47,357 nt of DNA, taken from NCBI GenBank assembly GCA_032718475.1, contig JAUCBJ010004964.1, forward strand, positions 1-47,357, given 5' to 3'. A program made the position numbers and the translations under genes. The notes under the pieces were generated by a model that worked only from the letters and a program-made list of their open reading frames with translations, had not been told where the DNA came from and made no database searches. Numbering within the stretch: position 1 is the stretch's first letter; every line of letters begins with the position of its first letter. Shown here one piece after another: positions 24,964-37,384 of the stretch. The stretch is from Nemertoderma westbladi. Its lineage: Eukaryota > Animalia > Xenacoelomorpha.

Positions 24964-25897
24964 CACCATAACCCTTAATACAACAACCATTTTTAGGGGG
25001 TCGGAGCCCCCCCCCCCCCCCCCCCCCCTAATTTTTTTCAAATTTCAATAAAATGCTACGAAATTTGGTATGATGATAGATCGATTTCAATAAAATGCTA
25101 CGAAATTCGGTATGATGATAGATCGACACCTTTTCTTACTGGTGGCCTGGCCGGATTTTTTTAATTTCTCAGTTATTTCCATATAACAATCCCTTAAAAA
25201 TGTCTATTTAGCAATGTTTAACCACCTCCGTAGACTTTATATTACGTCTTTGAAATGTAATCTAGATATCATTCGAAGCGCCTTCGTCTGTAGATTCCGA
25301 ATCTGAAAACCGTAATAATAAAATACCAAAATATTAAAAAAGTAATACCAAAATACTAATGTGTAAATTCAGAGACGTAAATCGCTATAATTCTGATGTT
25401 TTGTTGTCTTTATTCTAGAATATTAATTATTATTTAGCTGAGCGTTTAAAACTCTCCATCCTGTTTTTTCATTCCCCATAATTAATATTCTAGAATTGAG
25501 TAAAAAAAACATTAGAATTATAGCGATTTACGTCACAAAAATTTACACCTTAGTATTTTGATAATTTCTCCGGAAGTTCTTGGTGAAATTTACAACGGGT
25601 TTCATATTCGGAATCTGCAGATGAAGGCGGTTCTAATGATATCTAGATCTCATTCCAAAGACGAAAAATAAAGCTGACGGAGGTGGCTAAATATTGCGAA
25701 ATAGACGATTTTTAACGGCTTGTTGTATCGAAATAGCTCATAAATTAAAAAATCCGGCCAGGCCACCAGTAAGAAAAGGTATCGATCTATCATCATACCA
25801 AATGTCGTAGCATTTTATTGAAATTTGAAAAAAATTAGGGGGGGGGGGGGGGGGCTCCGACCCCCTAAAAATGGTTGTTGTATTACGGGTTATGGTG
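24964..25897. mobile_element. ~930-bp palindromic foldback MITE (termini CACCATAACCC), TA TSD; ~42-bp tandem duplication in the left arm
   Basis: Halves are reverse complements around ~25445; TA at 24962-24963 and 25898-25899; mirrored poly-C and poly-G tracts. Confidence 0.88.
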
Positions 25898-25946
25898 TAT
25901 AGATATGACAATACATTTTATGTTGAAGTTAAGAAGAGTCAAAAGT

Positions 25947-26460
25947 TTAGAACAGTTTTCGCAGTCGCTTCTTAAATTTTTCTACAGAGTCTTTCCTTCT
26001 TTTCAGCGTTAAATCTTTTTGAACATTATTGAAGTATATGTTCACGACAATTGTTGTTTATATAATCAATAAGATTGGTGTACACCCGTATGACCCAGAA
26101 AACCGTCTAGTATCCCAATACCGAATTCCTTCATAAACAACATTGAACAGTGACGGGTTGGTATATTGGAATATAATAGCATATGTTCCATTGATTTGTA
26201 GTCGTGCAAATGATAGTGCAATTGCACTGACGAATTCAGTGGAATTCAGACGAATTCAGATCTTGAAGGCCACCTCGATCGACAATATCAATATATTTTG
26301 ATGGTGTTGATGAATTCGATGACGATGTTGCCCCTAGATTTACCTTAGTTGATGACATTAAACTTGAACAATCATTACATTTTAACTCATCTTTGTGTTT
26401 ACCTATCTGTACTTTATGTAGTATGGCCCCAGTCACACAATCTGCAGTACGCTATAATAT
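25947..26460 (-). pseudogene. C-terminal remnant of a P-element/THAP9-type transposase
   Basis: VTGAILHK...CNDC..L...YIDIVDRGGL, then after a frameshift NIYFNNVQK...RKDSVEKFKKR*; matches the G(Y/A)IxxK/CxxC/RGGL pattern of P-superfamily C-termini. Confidence 0.6.
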
Positions 26461-26739
26461 TTAGGCCTATACTATATATACTGCCAGTTCATATAAATTG
26501 ATATTCCTCATACCAGTGGTAAGCCTACCTCCAATGACCCTTTCAATAATAAGTTTAATAAATTTTAATAAAATAAAAGCACCGATAGGCCTATCTGCCT
26601 ATATTTATTAAAGTAATATAAAAATATAACAAAATTTGAAAAAGTAATAATTGTAAAAATCCCATACCAGTTGGCCGTATTGGAAATAACCTCGCCGCAC
26701 CGCTATTACAAACGGCCCAGGGCCTAAATCGATCCAGCG

Positions 26740-27122
26740 GCTCCCAACATTTGATTGTCCCTAGGCAGCTACAGTAGATTCAACCTCGACTCATATGGTA
26801 AACGTGCTTTCTCTGTGTCCGCCCTAGTCTGGAACGCACTCCCGTTGGAGCTCCGTTCACTGTCATCTTTAAGAAAAGGCTAAAAACACACTTTTTTTTA
26901 GTATCGAATACGACTCCCCTGTCATCATAAACAGCCATAATAAATTAACTCCGGTTATACTTGCTAAATTCCGCACTATACGCAATACAATTTTATTCAT
27001 TTTATTTCATTTAAAACTTTTATTGGTTATGTGTGTTTATATTTAAATTTTTATTGGCGCTTAGAACATTGCGAATAAGCGCAGCGCAATACAAAAACAT
27101 TTTAATAATAATAATAAATAAC
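26740..27122 (+). mobile_element. L2-clade LINE 3' end
   Basis: NLDSYGKRAFSVSA..WNALPLELRSLSSFKKRLKTHFF, then a GCGCTTA..TAAGCGC stem-loop and (TAA)n tail. Confidence 0.8.
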
Positions 27123-27149
27123 TACAGCAGCAGTTTGTAAAAGCTAAGA

Positions 27150-27445
27150 TGTAGTCCCCCCCCCCCCCCCCCCATAGGGGGGGGGGGGGGGGACTGGACG
27201 CAATAAAAATTCATCCCTCTCCGGGGGAAATTGGACGCAAAATAACAGCTGATTACCAAAAATCGATCAGATCATCAAAAATACAACTGTAACCTGTTCT
27301 ATTGTGTTTAGTTTATTGTTTTGGTTAAATTAACGTGCCACCTTAACCTGCTCATTTCCCTAAATTGAGAATTTAACATTGAGGCGGGATATTAATTCGC
27401 CAAAACGGGATTTGCGTCCAGTTTCCCCCCCCCCCCCCCTTTTCT
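27150..27445. mobile_element. Small TIR element or remnant with a poly-C/poly-G hairpin
   Basis: GGGGGAAATTGGACGCAA (27223) is inverted at ~27412-27430; AGT-Cn-ATA-Gn-ACT hairpin at 27153-27195. Confidence 0.5.
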
Positions 27446-28454
27446 CCACTGGGAAGAGCTATAGATAGTAATAAACTTCTTGGCAAGTAATGTACTTATC
27501 TGCAGTTTGGGCCTATCCATTCAATCAATAGTAGTAGCTTACTAAGCCCGCATGAGCACCAGCAACTGGTGTTTCTATCATTGAGTCAATGGCAATTTTC
27601 GTGTTTTGAGGCTATTTTTCGAAATAAAAAAAGACACTTTAATAATTTTTTTCGAAACTTTTTTTCTACACATCCTGGGGTTGAGTTGCGTCGATTGATA
27701 TAACTTTCATTTCATTGACGGACGAGCTATAGTTTCCAATAGTATCTACATCATTGTCCAGAATAGGGTGTTTCCCTTCACTTCTATGGGGCTTTCTATT
27801 ATTCCTACCTGTCCCAAATACGTTGTCTAATGATTTCCAACCTGTCCAATATAGGGGCATCCAATCAAATCATCATATGAGCCAACTCCTCTTCATCGGA
27901 CCAATACCAACATTCCTAAAGTTAGGCATCCTCCTTATTGGCTATATAATGTAAAGGTTAATGGAAAATTCCACTGATATATAATCCAAGTGTCAACTAC
28001 GAATCCAGGGCTCATTATAACAACCTATACTGGACAGAGCAACGTATTTGGGACAAGAGCTGGTTGAGGTATATGTACAGTGGAAATTCCCATTCTAAAT
28101 AAGGGCATTTGGAATACTTGTTCCCTAGTTATGGTTAAAGATATACTGTGGGTGCCTTGCAAATGGCCTGTAAGACTGTGATGCATTATAGGCTATAGTG
28201 TCATCATAGTCATGTTATTTAATTTCATGTTGTACAATTTATTCATATTGTGCAATTTATCATGTTGTGCAATTTATTCATTATGCAATTTATTCATTGT
28301 GCAATTTATTCATGTGGTGCAATTTATTCACTTATAATAAATCTAAATACATTCGTATATTAATAATTAAATGACAATCAAATTAGTGATATCGCAACCT
28401 CCTCCCCCGGACTCAACTTCATCCCAAATAGTCCTTAATAAGTCTTAAATTTGA

Positions 28455-29952
28455 ATCAAATAGGTTGTTAGTGTCCCATATAGGGTGTTTGTGTCCCATA
28501 TAGGTTGATTTTGTCCAAAATACCCTGTAGCTTTATCAAAATTATTTCAAATAGTTTATAAATGTAAAGGAATACTGAAAAGAATATTGACTTCATAATC
28601 ATAGCTTTAATTCCAATTTGTCCCAAATAGGTTGTTTATGTCCCATATAGGGTGTTTGTGTCCCACACAGGGTGTTTTTATACCAAATAGCATGTAACTT
28701 TCTCAAAATGATTTTACATAGTTTATAAATATGATGGAAATACTCAAAAGAAAATAGAATTCACTATCATACATAGCTTTAATTTAAATTTGTCCCAAAT
28801 AGGTTGTTTGTGTCCCATATAGGGTGTTTGTGTCCCAAATTGCGTGTGACTTTCTCAAAATGATTTTACATAGTTTATAAATATAATGGAATAGTTAAAA
28901 GCAAATAGAATTCACTAAAGAATATAGAATTCACTATCATAGCTTTAATTTAAATTTGTCCCAAATAGGTTGTTTATGTCCCATATAGGGTATTTTTGTC
29001 CCATATAGGGTGTTTGTATCCCAAATTGCGTGTGACTTTCTCAAAATGATTTTACATCGTTTATAAATATAATGGAATACTCAAAAGAAAATAGAATTCA
29101 CTATCATAGCTTTAATTTCAATTTGTCCCAAATAGGTTGTTTTTGTCCCATATAGGGTGTTTGTGTGCCAAATAGCGTGTGACTTTCTCAAAATGATTTT
29201 ACATAGTTTATAAATATAATGGAATACTTAAAAGAAAATATAATTCACTATCATTTTTTCTTTAATTTAAATTTGCCCCAAATAGGTTGTTTGTGTCCTG
29301 TATAGGGTGTTTCTGTCCTGAATAGGGGAATACAGCTTGCCGAACACATTGTTGCTGAATAGGGTGTACATTTCTTATAATGCTTTTAAATAGTTTCTAA
29401 ATGAAATGGAATACTCAAAAGAAAATATAATTCACTATCATAGCTTTAATTTAAATTTGTCACAAATAGGTTGTTTATGTCCCATATAGGGTGTTTGTGT
29501 CCCAAATGGCGTGTGACTTTCTCAAAATGATTTTACATAGTTTATAAAGAAAAAATATTTTTTGTATTATTCCATTATATTTATAAACTACGTAAAATCA
29601 TTTTGAGAAAGTCATACGCTATTGGGCTATGGGACACAAACACCCTATATGGGACATAAACAACCTATTTGGGACAAATTTAAATTAAAGCTATGATACT
29701 GAATTATATTTTCTTTTGAGTATTCCATTATATTTATAAACTATGTAAAATCATTTTGAGAAAGTCACACGCTATTTGGGACACAAACACCCTATATGGG
29801 ACACAAACACCCTACATGGGACATAAACAACCTATTTGGGACAAATTTAAATTAAAGCTATGATAGTGAATTCTATATTCTTTTGAGTATTCCATTACAT
29901 TTCGAAACTATTTGAAATCTATTATAAGGACATCACACCATTTACGGGACAC
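28455..29952. repeat. ~130-bp tandem array with 20-bp subrepeats (GTCCCATATAGGGTGTTTGT); orientation flips at ~29550-29570; truncated at 29952
   Basis: Read directly; colinear with 37385-38840. Confidence 0.9.
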
Positions 29953-30588
29953 CGTTCAAAAGATTGCAAGAATTATTGTTCGCTGAAGGCCATTTATTCT
30001 ATTTAATAAATATACAAAATTCTAGAACGTGTTATTTATTTTATGTGTTGGTAGGCAACAGCGGAATGCCTTTACAATAACTACTGTATACACCATGTCC
30101 TGGAATATAGTATCGTTATTCAGGTACCTGCCCTCCCCCCCACACAAATTCTTCTACAAATCTTAATGAGATTGCATGAAATTTGAAACAGAGATAGTTT
30201 CATATCCCTCCTCCTCCGTGGGTGAGCCAGAATTTTTATTTTTGCTTTCAATCTTTAGCTACAAGTGTTTGAAAAAGGTGTCTCCGGCGATATTTCACAG
30301 GTCACAGTGCAATCATTCTTCAACCTTATTGTGATTTGATGGTACCAATAGAAAGCTACCCATGCAAGGATTCCAAATATGTAAAACCATTTGAATTTGG
30401 TTGGGAAATAGCTGAGATATGGACATTCGAATGTTGCATGTTTTTGCTTCCCCTGAAGGCCATTTATTCTATTTAATAAATGTACCATATTCTAGAACAT
30501 TTTGTTTATTTATGAATAGCTACGTAATAATATAATTAAAGAGGTATTGCATTGTTGCCCAGCTACGTATGGAATAAACAAAATGTAC
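29953..30588. mobile_element. Fragments of the CACCATG foldback family, including one arm starting at TA|CACCATG (30091)
   Basis: 29953-30075 matches 13698-13820; 30091-30510 matches the 13369 arm; the right arm is cut off at the satellite. Confidence 0.7.
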
Positions 30589-31325
30589 GACATACGACAT
30601 AATATTATCCCACATACAACATACGACATAATATTATCCCACATACAACATACGACATAATATTATCCCACATACAACATACGACATAATATTATCCCAC
30701 ATACAACATAATATTATCCCACATACAACATACGACATAATATTATCCCACATACAACATACAACATAATATTATCCCACATACAACATACGACATAATA
30801 TTATCCCACATACAACATACGACATAATATTATCCCACATACAACATACGACATAATATTATCCCACATACAACATACGACATAATATTATCCCACATAC
30901 AACATACGACATAATATTATCCCACATACAACATAGACATAATATTATCCCACATACAACATACGACATAATATTATCCCACATACAACATACGACATAA
31001 TATTATCCCACATACAACATACGACATAATATTATCCCACATACAACATACGACATAATATTATCCCACATACAACATAATATTATCCCACATACAACAT
31101 AATATTATCCACATACAACATACGCATAATATTATCCAACATACAACATAATATTATCCCACATACAACATACGACATAATATTATCCAACATACAACAT
31201 AATATTATCCCACATACAACATACGACATAATATTATCCCACATATACAACATACGACATAATATTATCCCACATACAACATACGACATAATATTATCCC
31301 ACATACAACATAATATCCCACAACA
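30586..31325. repeat. 29-bp minisatellite (CACATACAACATACGACATAATATTATCC) with 22-bp variants, ~26 units
   Basis: Periodicity read directly. Confidence 0.95.
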
Positions 31326-31456
31326 GCCCTCTAATAATGACGATTTGACACAAATCTTATCACTAATAATAACGTTATTTTCTAGAACAATAGTATTGTT
31401 TTAGTATTACTGTATTATTCTCTAAGATTTCTCAGTATTCTCATGTAATTTATCTG

Positions 31457-32947
31457 ATGGAGGAATATCAGTACTCAATTTCGTACATCGTTGCATTATT
31501 GTTACTGGGGCCATGGGATACTGTCATTCAAACATACTGCAACCAGTGGTTCACTGCCAAATACCAAGGGAGCCATATAAAACCTATACCTAAATATGCC
31601 TCCCTGGATGTTTTGAAACCCAAGAACGCGTATAGTTTCATTCTCAAAAAAGATGCGGACCCGCTCACAATACAATGCACGGGCTACTTCGCAACAACTA
31701 TAGGGGGTGATACCGAAATGTACGGTTACGCGGATGCAACCTCCGCATACGATATGGCCTGGATCAAAAACGGCGACAAAGTTATAAGGAAATCCTCCGG
31801 TTTGTACGAATGTCGTTTCCGTTGTTTCGTTCTGGTCATTAGTATCGCGAGTGTGGAAGCAACTGGCGTCTATCAGTGCGGGCGTCTTGCTTACGCGAAA
31901 GACACCGATGAAGATATTTACTTCCACATTAGAACAACTTTTATTGTCACGGTTTACGATGTCGGTGTGACAGGATCCACCTATTTGTATCCTTCCTGCA
32001 ATGTCAGTATGCTTCGTCCGTTAGAACTTCTTAATTACCAACGAATCTCAAAGTTCCCTGATAAGAACGAGATGCTCGAAACAACCTGGGATTTCTCACT
32101 GATTCATACGCATTTCACCACCTGGGACCTCAACAAAGCAGAGGATTTAATAGACAGGAAGATGAAAAGAGTGTCCTTCGAAGTACCTGAATTACCGGTG
32201 GAATGGTTAACACCAATTAGAATAGACGAAAACTTTCGATTTAATCTTCAGAAAGTTCCTAAGAATGTGGGTTTGTGGACGTGCCAAATGCGATATTCTG
32301 AGTTTCGCAAGGGTAATATTGGAAAAAATCGTCCTTCTCTCAATATAACATGGCCAATGTATATTTATTCTCTTAATGAGGCAGGCCGAAAATCGATATA
32401 TAAAGAATGGGAGTTCGTACTCTTTTGGGAATACTTCCAGAAGTACGTGTTTGCGCATTACGACATCTTGTACGCGGAACGAGTGGAATTAGACGAAAGA
32501 TTTTTCAAAAGCACCAAACTCCTACGTTATGATATAATATTCGAACACTTGAAAAAAATTGAACCTCCGGAATTAAAGGATAAAGCTAAATCGAATTCTA
32601 AAGCGAAAATTAAACCGACAGCAAACGGTAATTTCAAACCATATGATGATGATGGGACGGCAATTAGCGATAATTCTGAAGAAGGATCAAATGGCGTTGA
32701 AACAGACGAAGAAACCCAAGCATCCGCACAGTTAGGGGAAGTAGAAGGGGAGGTATTTGATTGGTATGCTTGGAGTTCGGTGGGTGGGGGTTGTCTTGTC
32801 GGCGTCTGTCTCCTTATCGTTATTATTATTTGGATTAAAAGTCGATCAGATGCGAAACGAGCTCAACGGCTAGAGGACGAGTACTCTGAAATGCGGAGGA
32901 ATAAAGCGAAGAAGAAGAAGAAGAAGAAAGAACAGTCGGAAAATTAG
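31457..32947 (+). CDS. Intronless type I membrane protein with two predicted Ig-like domains
   Basis: 496-aa ORF in AT-rich DNA; hydrophobic N-terminus; LTIQC..WIKNG..LVISIASVEATGVYQC; second C..W..GLWTC; acidic stalk; TM VGGGCLVGVCLLIVIIIWI; poly-Lys tail. Confidence 0.8.
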   Translation: MEEYQYSISYIVALLLLGPWDTVIQTYCNQWFTAKYQGSHIKPIPKYASLDVLKPKNAYSFILKKDADPLTIQCTGYFATTIGGDTEMYGYADATSAYDMAWIKNGDKVIRKSSGLYECRFRCFVLVISIASVEATGVYQCGRLAYAKDTDEDIYFHIRTTFIVTVYDVGVTGSTYLYPSCNVSMLRPLELLNYQRISKFPDKNEMLETTWDFSLIHTHFTTWDLNKAEDLIDRKMKRVSFEVPELPVEWLTPIRIDENFRFNLQKVPKNVGLWTCQMRYSEFRKGNIGKNRPSLNITWPMYIYSLNEAGRKSIYKEWEFVLFWEYFQKYVFAHYDILYAERVELDERFFKSTKLLRYDIIFEHLKKIEPPELKDKAKSNSKAKIKPTANGNFKPYDDDGTAISDNSEEGSNGVETDEETQASAQLGEVEGEVFDWYAWSSVGGGCLVGVCLLIVIIIWIKSRSDAKRAQRLEDEYSEMRRNKAKKKKKKKEQSEN

Positions 32948-34159
32948 TTAATTATTTAAATAACGATTTCCAAATCGGCGTAATAATTTATATTACATAA
33001 GTAGGCCTTGGCCCTACTGTGTGGTAACATAACTGCCGTATAAAGTTGTCATTTATGGGATTGGGATATATTATAGTCAAATATAATATAATATAATGTA
33101 TATTATTCCAAAACAAGTTGGACCGATGCAATAACAAGTTATAAACTTATATATAACATCGTCTCGTGCAATATAACAACTGTAAACCAGTAGGATACAG
33201 AATGGAATATACACAAAATATGGCACGTACTGTATGAAAACACATGGATATAAATTATTACAAAAATAATAGCAATGTCATACACACTACCCACTGAGAC
33301 AAACCTCATACACATACATACACGCACCTCATACCACAACCCATACACGTACGTCATGTCTTCCCCCAGAAATCCACTGTCATACTCACTCCGCACCGCT
33401 CACCGCCACCCATCCCACCGCGCCACCAGCTGCTGATGTCGCATAAAAAATTACTTATTTTCCCAAAATAGAGTGTTAAAATGGATAATAATAGTGAAAT
33501 AACCAAAGAAAAGGAAAAACTATCACGTAGTTAATAGCTACTGTATTTACATACTTGTGTGTAAAGGAAACATTACCACGTAGTTAATAACTATTTACAT
33601 ACTTGTGTGTAAAGTAGCACTTTACAGTCCCTAAAAAGGCAGTGTGTGTCAATTTTGACACATTCTATTATTCACTTTAAATTAACCCCAGTTATCTGTC
33701 TATATTACAGTATTCACAATATAGCACCCAAATCTCAGACGCGCAGTTGAGCCTAATATGAGTCATAACAACATACTTGCGGTATAGCATGATCGATTAT
33801 GCTATACATAGCACAATGTAGCATATTGGCTATACATACTGTACAAGTCTATCAATGCCAGACCCCCATAACTGCAGTTAAAGGTTAGTCACAATGTATA
33901 TTTAGTCCTAATTATGGTATTATTATTAAATTAAAAAATAAGTATTAAAATTATTATTAAAATTAAAATTAAATTAAAATTAAAGGTAAAAAAATTATAC
34001 AATTCACTGCAAGGAAATTTCATAATTTCCATTAATGTTGTGAAGATTTTTCACATACTTAAATTGTGATTGCTCTACTGATTTTAGGTGTAATTTATTT
34101 ATTTGTTTTAGTTTGAAAACCACAATAATTTATAATACTGTATAACAAATAAATTTTTG

Positions 34160-34605
34160 GGGGATAAGGGTTTTTGAGGTCGACATATCCGATGGGCGAG
34201 GTTACATCCACCCGTTTAGTAGAGAAGTTGTGTAAATAAGGTCCTTATATTGTACCAGCAAAATTGGTATTAAAAATGGATAAATTATTAGACAAATTTC
34301 CATTGCTCTGGAAACTAAATTGGTAACTATATAGAAGTGCATACTTCAGTCAATCGATAGTCACTAGAGTAAAGTTTGTCTGTACCAAATTTGGAGAAAA
34401 TCCCACCAATAGACCCCTTGTTGCTATGTAAAATCCATGTTGCTAAGGAAAGAAACACGAAATTGAAGGTGATCCGCATAATATATTTTTATATACTTTT
34501 TTGTAGGTATTAACAAGGTAATGTAGAATAAAAAAAAAATTGGTTGGAACGAATTGCGAATTTGTTATGGGTTGACCCCCTTTTTCGGCTAGATTGACTC
34601 GCCTA
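34160..34605. mobile_element. Probable DNA-transposon fragment
   Basis: GTTGCTATG/GTTGCTAAGGAAA motifs, ACCAAATTTGG and a terminus-like CGGCTAGATTGACTCGCCTA; no partner TIR seen. Confidence 0.3.
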
Positions 34606-35065
34606 TTATTTCAGTTTCAAAATTCAACTAGGCCTATTCAATACTGACTGTCAGACTGTTTATATAGGCCTGCATTGATTGGTTGGCACATTTTACAGGT
34701 TTTTTTTAACAGACCAGAAGCCCCATCGGACGCTACACTTTTGTCAGAGCCTGTTTGAGGACAGGAATAGCAAATGCCAATGTAAACTATGTTCCTAAAT
34801 TTTGTTTACTGCTTTGGTTTTTGTTAGAAAAGCCCTTACGACAGTACAAGCCTTCTGTTCTGGTTGGCTCATGGGTTATCAACTAAATTAATGTAAATTT
34901 TGGGAAATTAACTTTACCTGTCAATTCCACCTCAAACGACTCGACCTAAAAATATCCTAAATGCTGAAAAGCTTCCAACCAGCCGCCGCTCCCGGCTGCC
35001 CGGTACCTATCTACATTCCGTACCGTACCAGGCACGACCGTACCGTTGTAGGGCCTAGAACTAGT

Positions 35066-35290
35066 ACCGGTGTAGCAGGAGAATTTGCCCCCTGCCTGCC
35101 TGTGGAATCTGTCCCCACGGCCATAATCTCCTAGGAGATTATATCCACCCGGTCTCATTCTCCTACTGTCCTAGGATATTTCGCTCCACCCCGCCCCCCC
35201 CCCCCCCCCCCCCTTCCCCCGGGCCCGGACATAATCTCCTTAGTAGAATTTTCCTCCCCTCAGGATAATTTGCCCCCCCCCCCCCCCCAT
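35066..35290. mobile_element. One end of a CCGGTGTA(G/A)CAG-type MITE with subterminal repeats
   Basis: Start resembles 35777; repeated AGGA(G/T)A..T..CC motifs. Confidence 0.45.
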
Positions 35291-35776
35291 TTTCCAACGC
35301 ACTACTCTGCCAGCTGCCTATTCCAGTATTCGCCTATTGCAGTATTGAATATTGGCTATGTTACCATACTGCCATTGCCTACCGGCTGATTTTGGGGACC
35401 GACCCTTTCAACCGTTTCCAGGTGCCAGGTTTCTAATTGTCATTCTACCTACAGCTGCGTACCGGTACCGGTACCTATTGCTTGACTGCCTGATTTTTTT
35501 GGTTATAGAGTGACTACTGACTGTCCTGTCTGACCATATGGTTTCCCTCAACTGGTAAAGTGATCGTTTATTGTTTTGGTTAGAAAAGCCCACCTTTGTA
35601 ACCTGGTCCTTTCCCGCAATTGGTAAAGTGACCGTTTATTGTTTTGGTTAGAAAAGCCCTATATGTCAGTATGTAACCTGCGGTACACAGCAGTACCGTA
35701 CTGCTGTACTGGTACCGGTACCGGTAGCTGTAGTAGGCTACTGTAGTAGTCAGTAGTGCTCCGCAGAAGTACGGTA

Positions 35777-36665
35777 CCGGTGTAACAGCGGATTCAGTCC
35801 CCCGAAGAATCGGTCCCCCCGGACCGGATCTGCTAGCGGATTTAGTCCCCCGGACCCAATCCGCTAGCAGATTTGGTCTCCCTAGGACCAAATCTGCTAG
35901 CGGATTGGGTCCTCGTTCGCGGATTTGGTCCCCCCACTGTTATTGCAATAAATTAAAAATACACTGCCAGCACTGCTCCGTTCCCTTCCTCATTGTCATG
36001 GTTACAGTAGGCCTACTGGCAGACCGGTTATTCAGTATGTATCGTTTATTGCAGTATTGTTCTGGTTAGAAAACCTTGTCTGTGTAACCTTCTCCTCCCC
36101 AATTTCGTAGTACGATAAATTTATTGTAATGACAGAATGAGGTTATAGGCCTATTGCTGTATTGTTTTAGCCTTTTTATTATTAGAAAATATATCCTCCC
36201 CACCTGCAAACTAATAATATGAATGAACATGAATGAATATGAATAACTGTTACTCAGTTGGGTTTAGGTGTAACAGTTGAACTGAATATACAACCCCCCC
36301 CCCCCCCCCAGCCCCCCCGAAAATACTATCTGTAAAACCATTTATATTAGGCCTAGGTAATTAATTCATTTAATTATTAATTAAACGAAATGACACCAAC
36401 TGACCAATGACAAACCCAACCAAAGACACCTGACAACTCGAACTACAGTATGATTATTACTGTAATAGGGACAGTACAATATCTTCCTCCTCATCATGTA
36501 ATCATCCCTCATCCATAATGAATCTATAATGTTGAAATTAGCCGCTTCCCTGCGTATAGTTCTCTTCCGCAACTTTGTTCCATTGACTGCATTCAGCACT
36601 GTCTGACTGTACTGTAAAATTATAATTTAAGGGGGGACTCAATCTGCGGAGGGGGGACAGAATCC
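35777..36665. mobile_element. MITE with GCGGATTxxGTCCCC subterminal repeats; right TIR truncated by the foldback arm at 36666
   Basis: Left TGTAACAGCGGATTCAGTCCCC; right ...GGGGACAGAATCC stops before the expected GCTGTTACA. Confidence 0.65.
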
Positions 36666-37384
36666 CAATAGTATCTACATCATTGTCCAGAATAGGGTGT
36701 TTCCCTTCACTTCTATGGGGCTTTCTATTATTCCTACCTGTCCCAAATACGTTGTCTAATGATTTCCAACCTGTCCAATATAGGGGCATCCAATCAAATC
36801 ATCATATGAGCCAACTCCTCTTCATCGGACCAATACCAACATTCCTAAAGTTAGGCATCCTCCTTATTGGCTATATAATGTAAAGGTTAATGGAAAATTC
36901 CACTGATATATAATCCAAGTGTCAACTACGAATCCAGGGCTCATTATAACAACCTATACTGGACAGAGCAACGTATTTGGGACAAGAGCTGGTTGAGGTA
37001 TATGTACAGTGGAAATTCCCATTCTAAATAAGGGCATTTGGAATACTTGTTCCCTAGTTATGGTTAAAGATATACTGTGGGTGCCTTGCAAATGGCCTGT
37101 AAGACTGTGATGCATTATAGGCTATAGTGTCATCATAGACACGTTATTTAATTTCATGTTGTACAATTTATTCATATTGTGCAATTTATCATGTTGTGCA
37201 ATTTATTCATTGTGCAATTTATTCATTGTGCAATTTATTCATGTGGTGCAATTTATTCACTTATAATAAATCTAAATACATTCGTATATTAATAATTAAA
37301 TGACAATCAAATTAGTGATATCGCAACCTCCTCCCCCGGACTCAACTTCATCCCAAATAGTCCTTAATAAGTCTTAAATTTGAC

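Noticed and set aside
31502-32458. Antisense ORFs inside the Ig-protein gene
   Set aside because: No motifs; typical shadow ORFs
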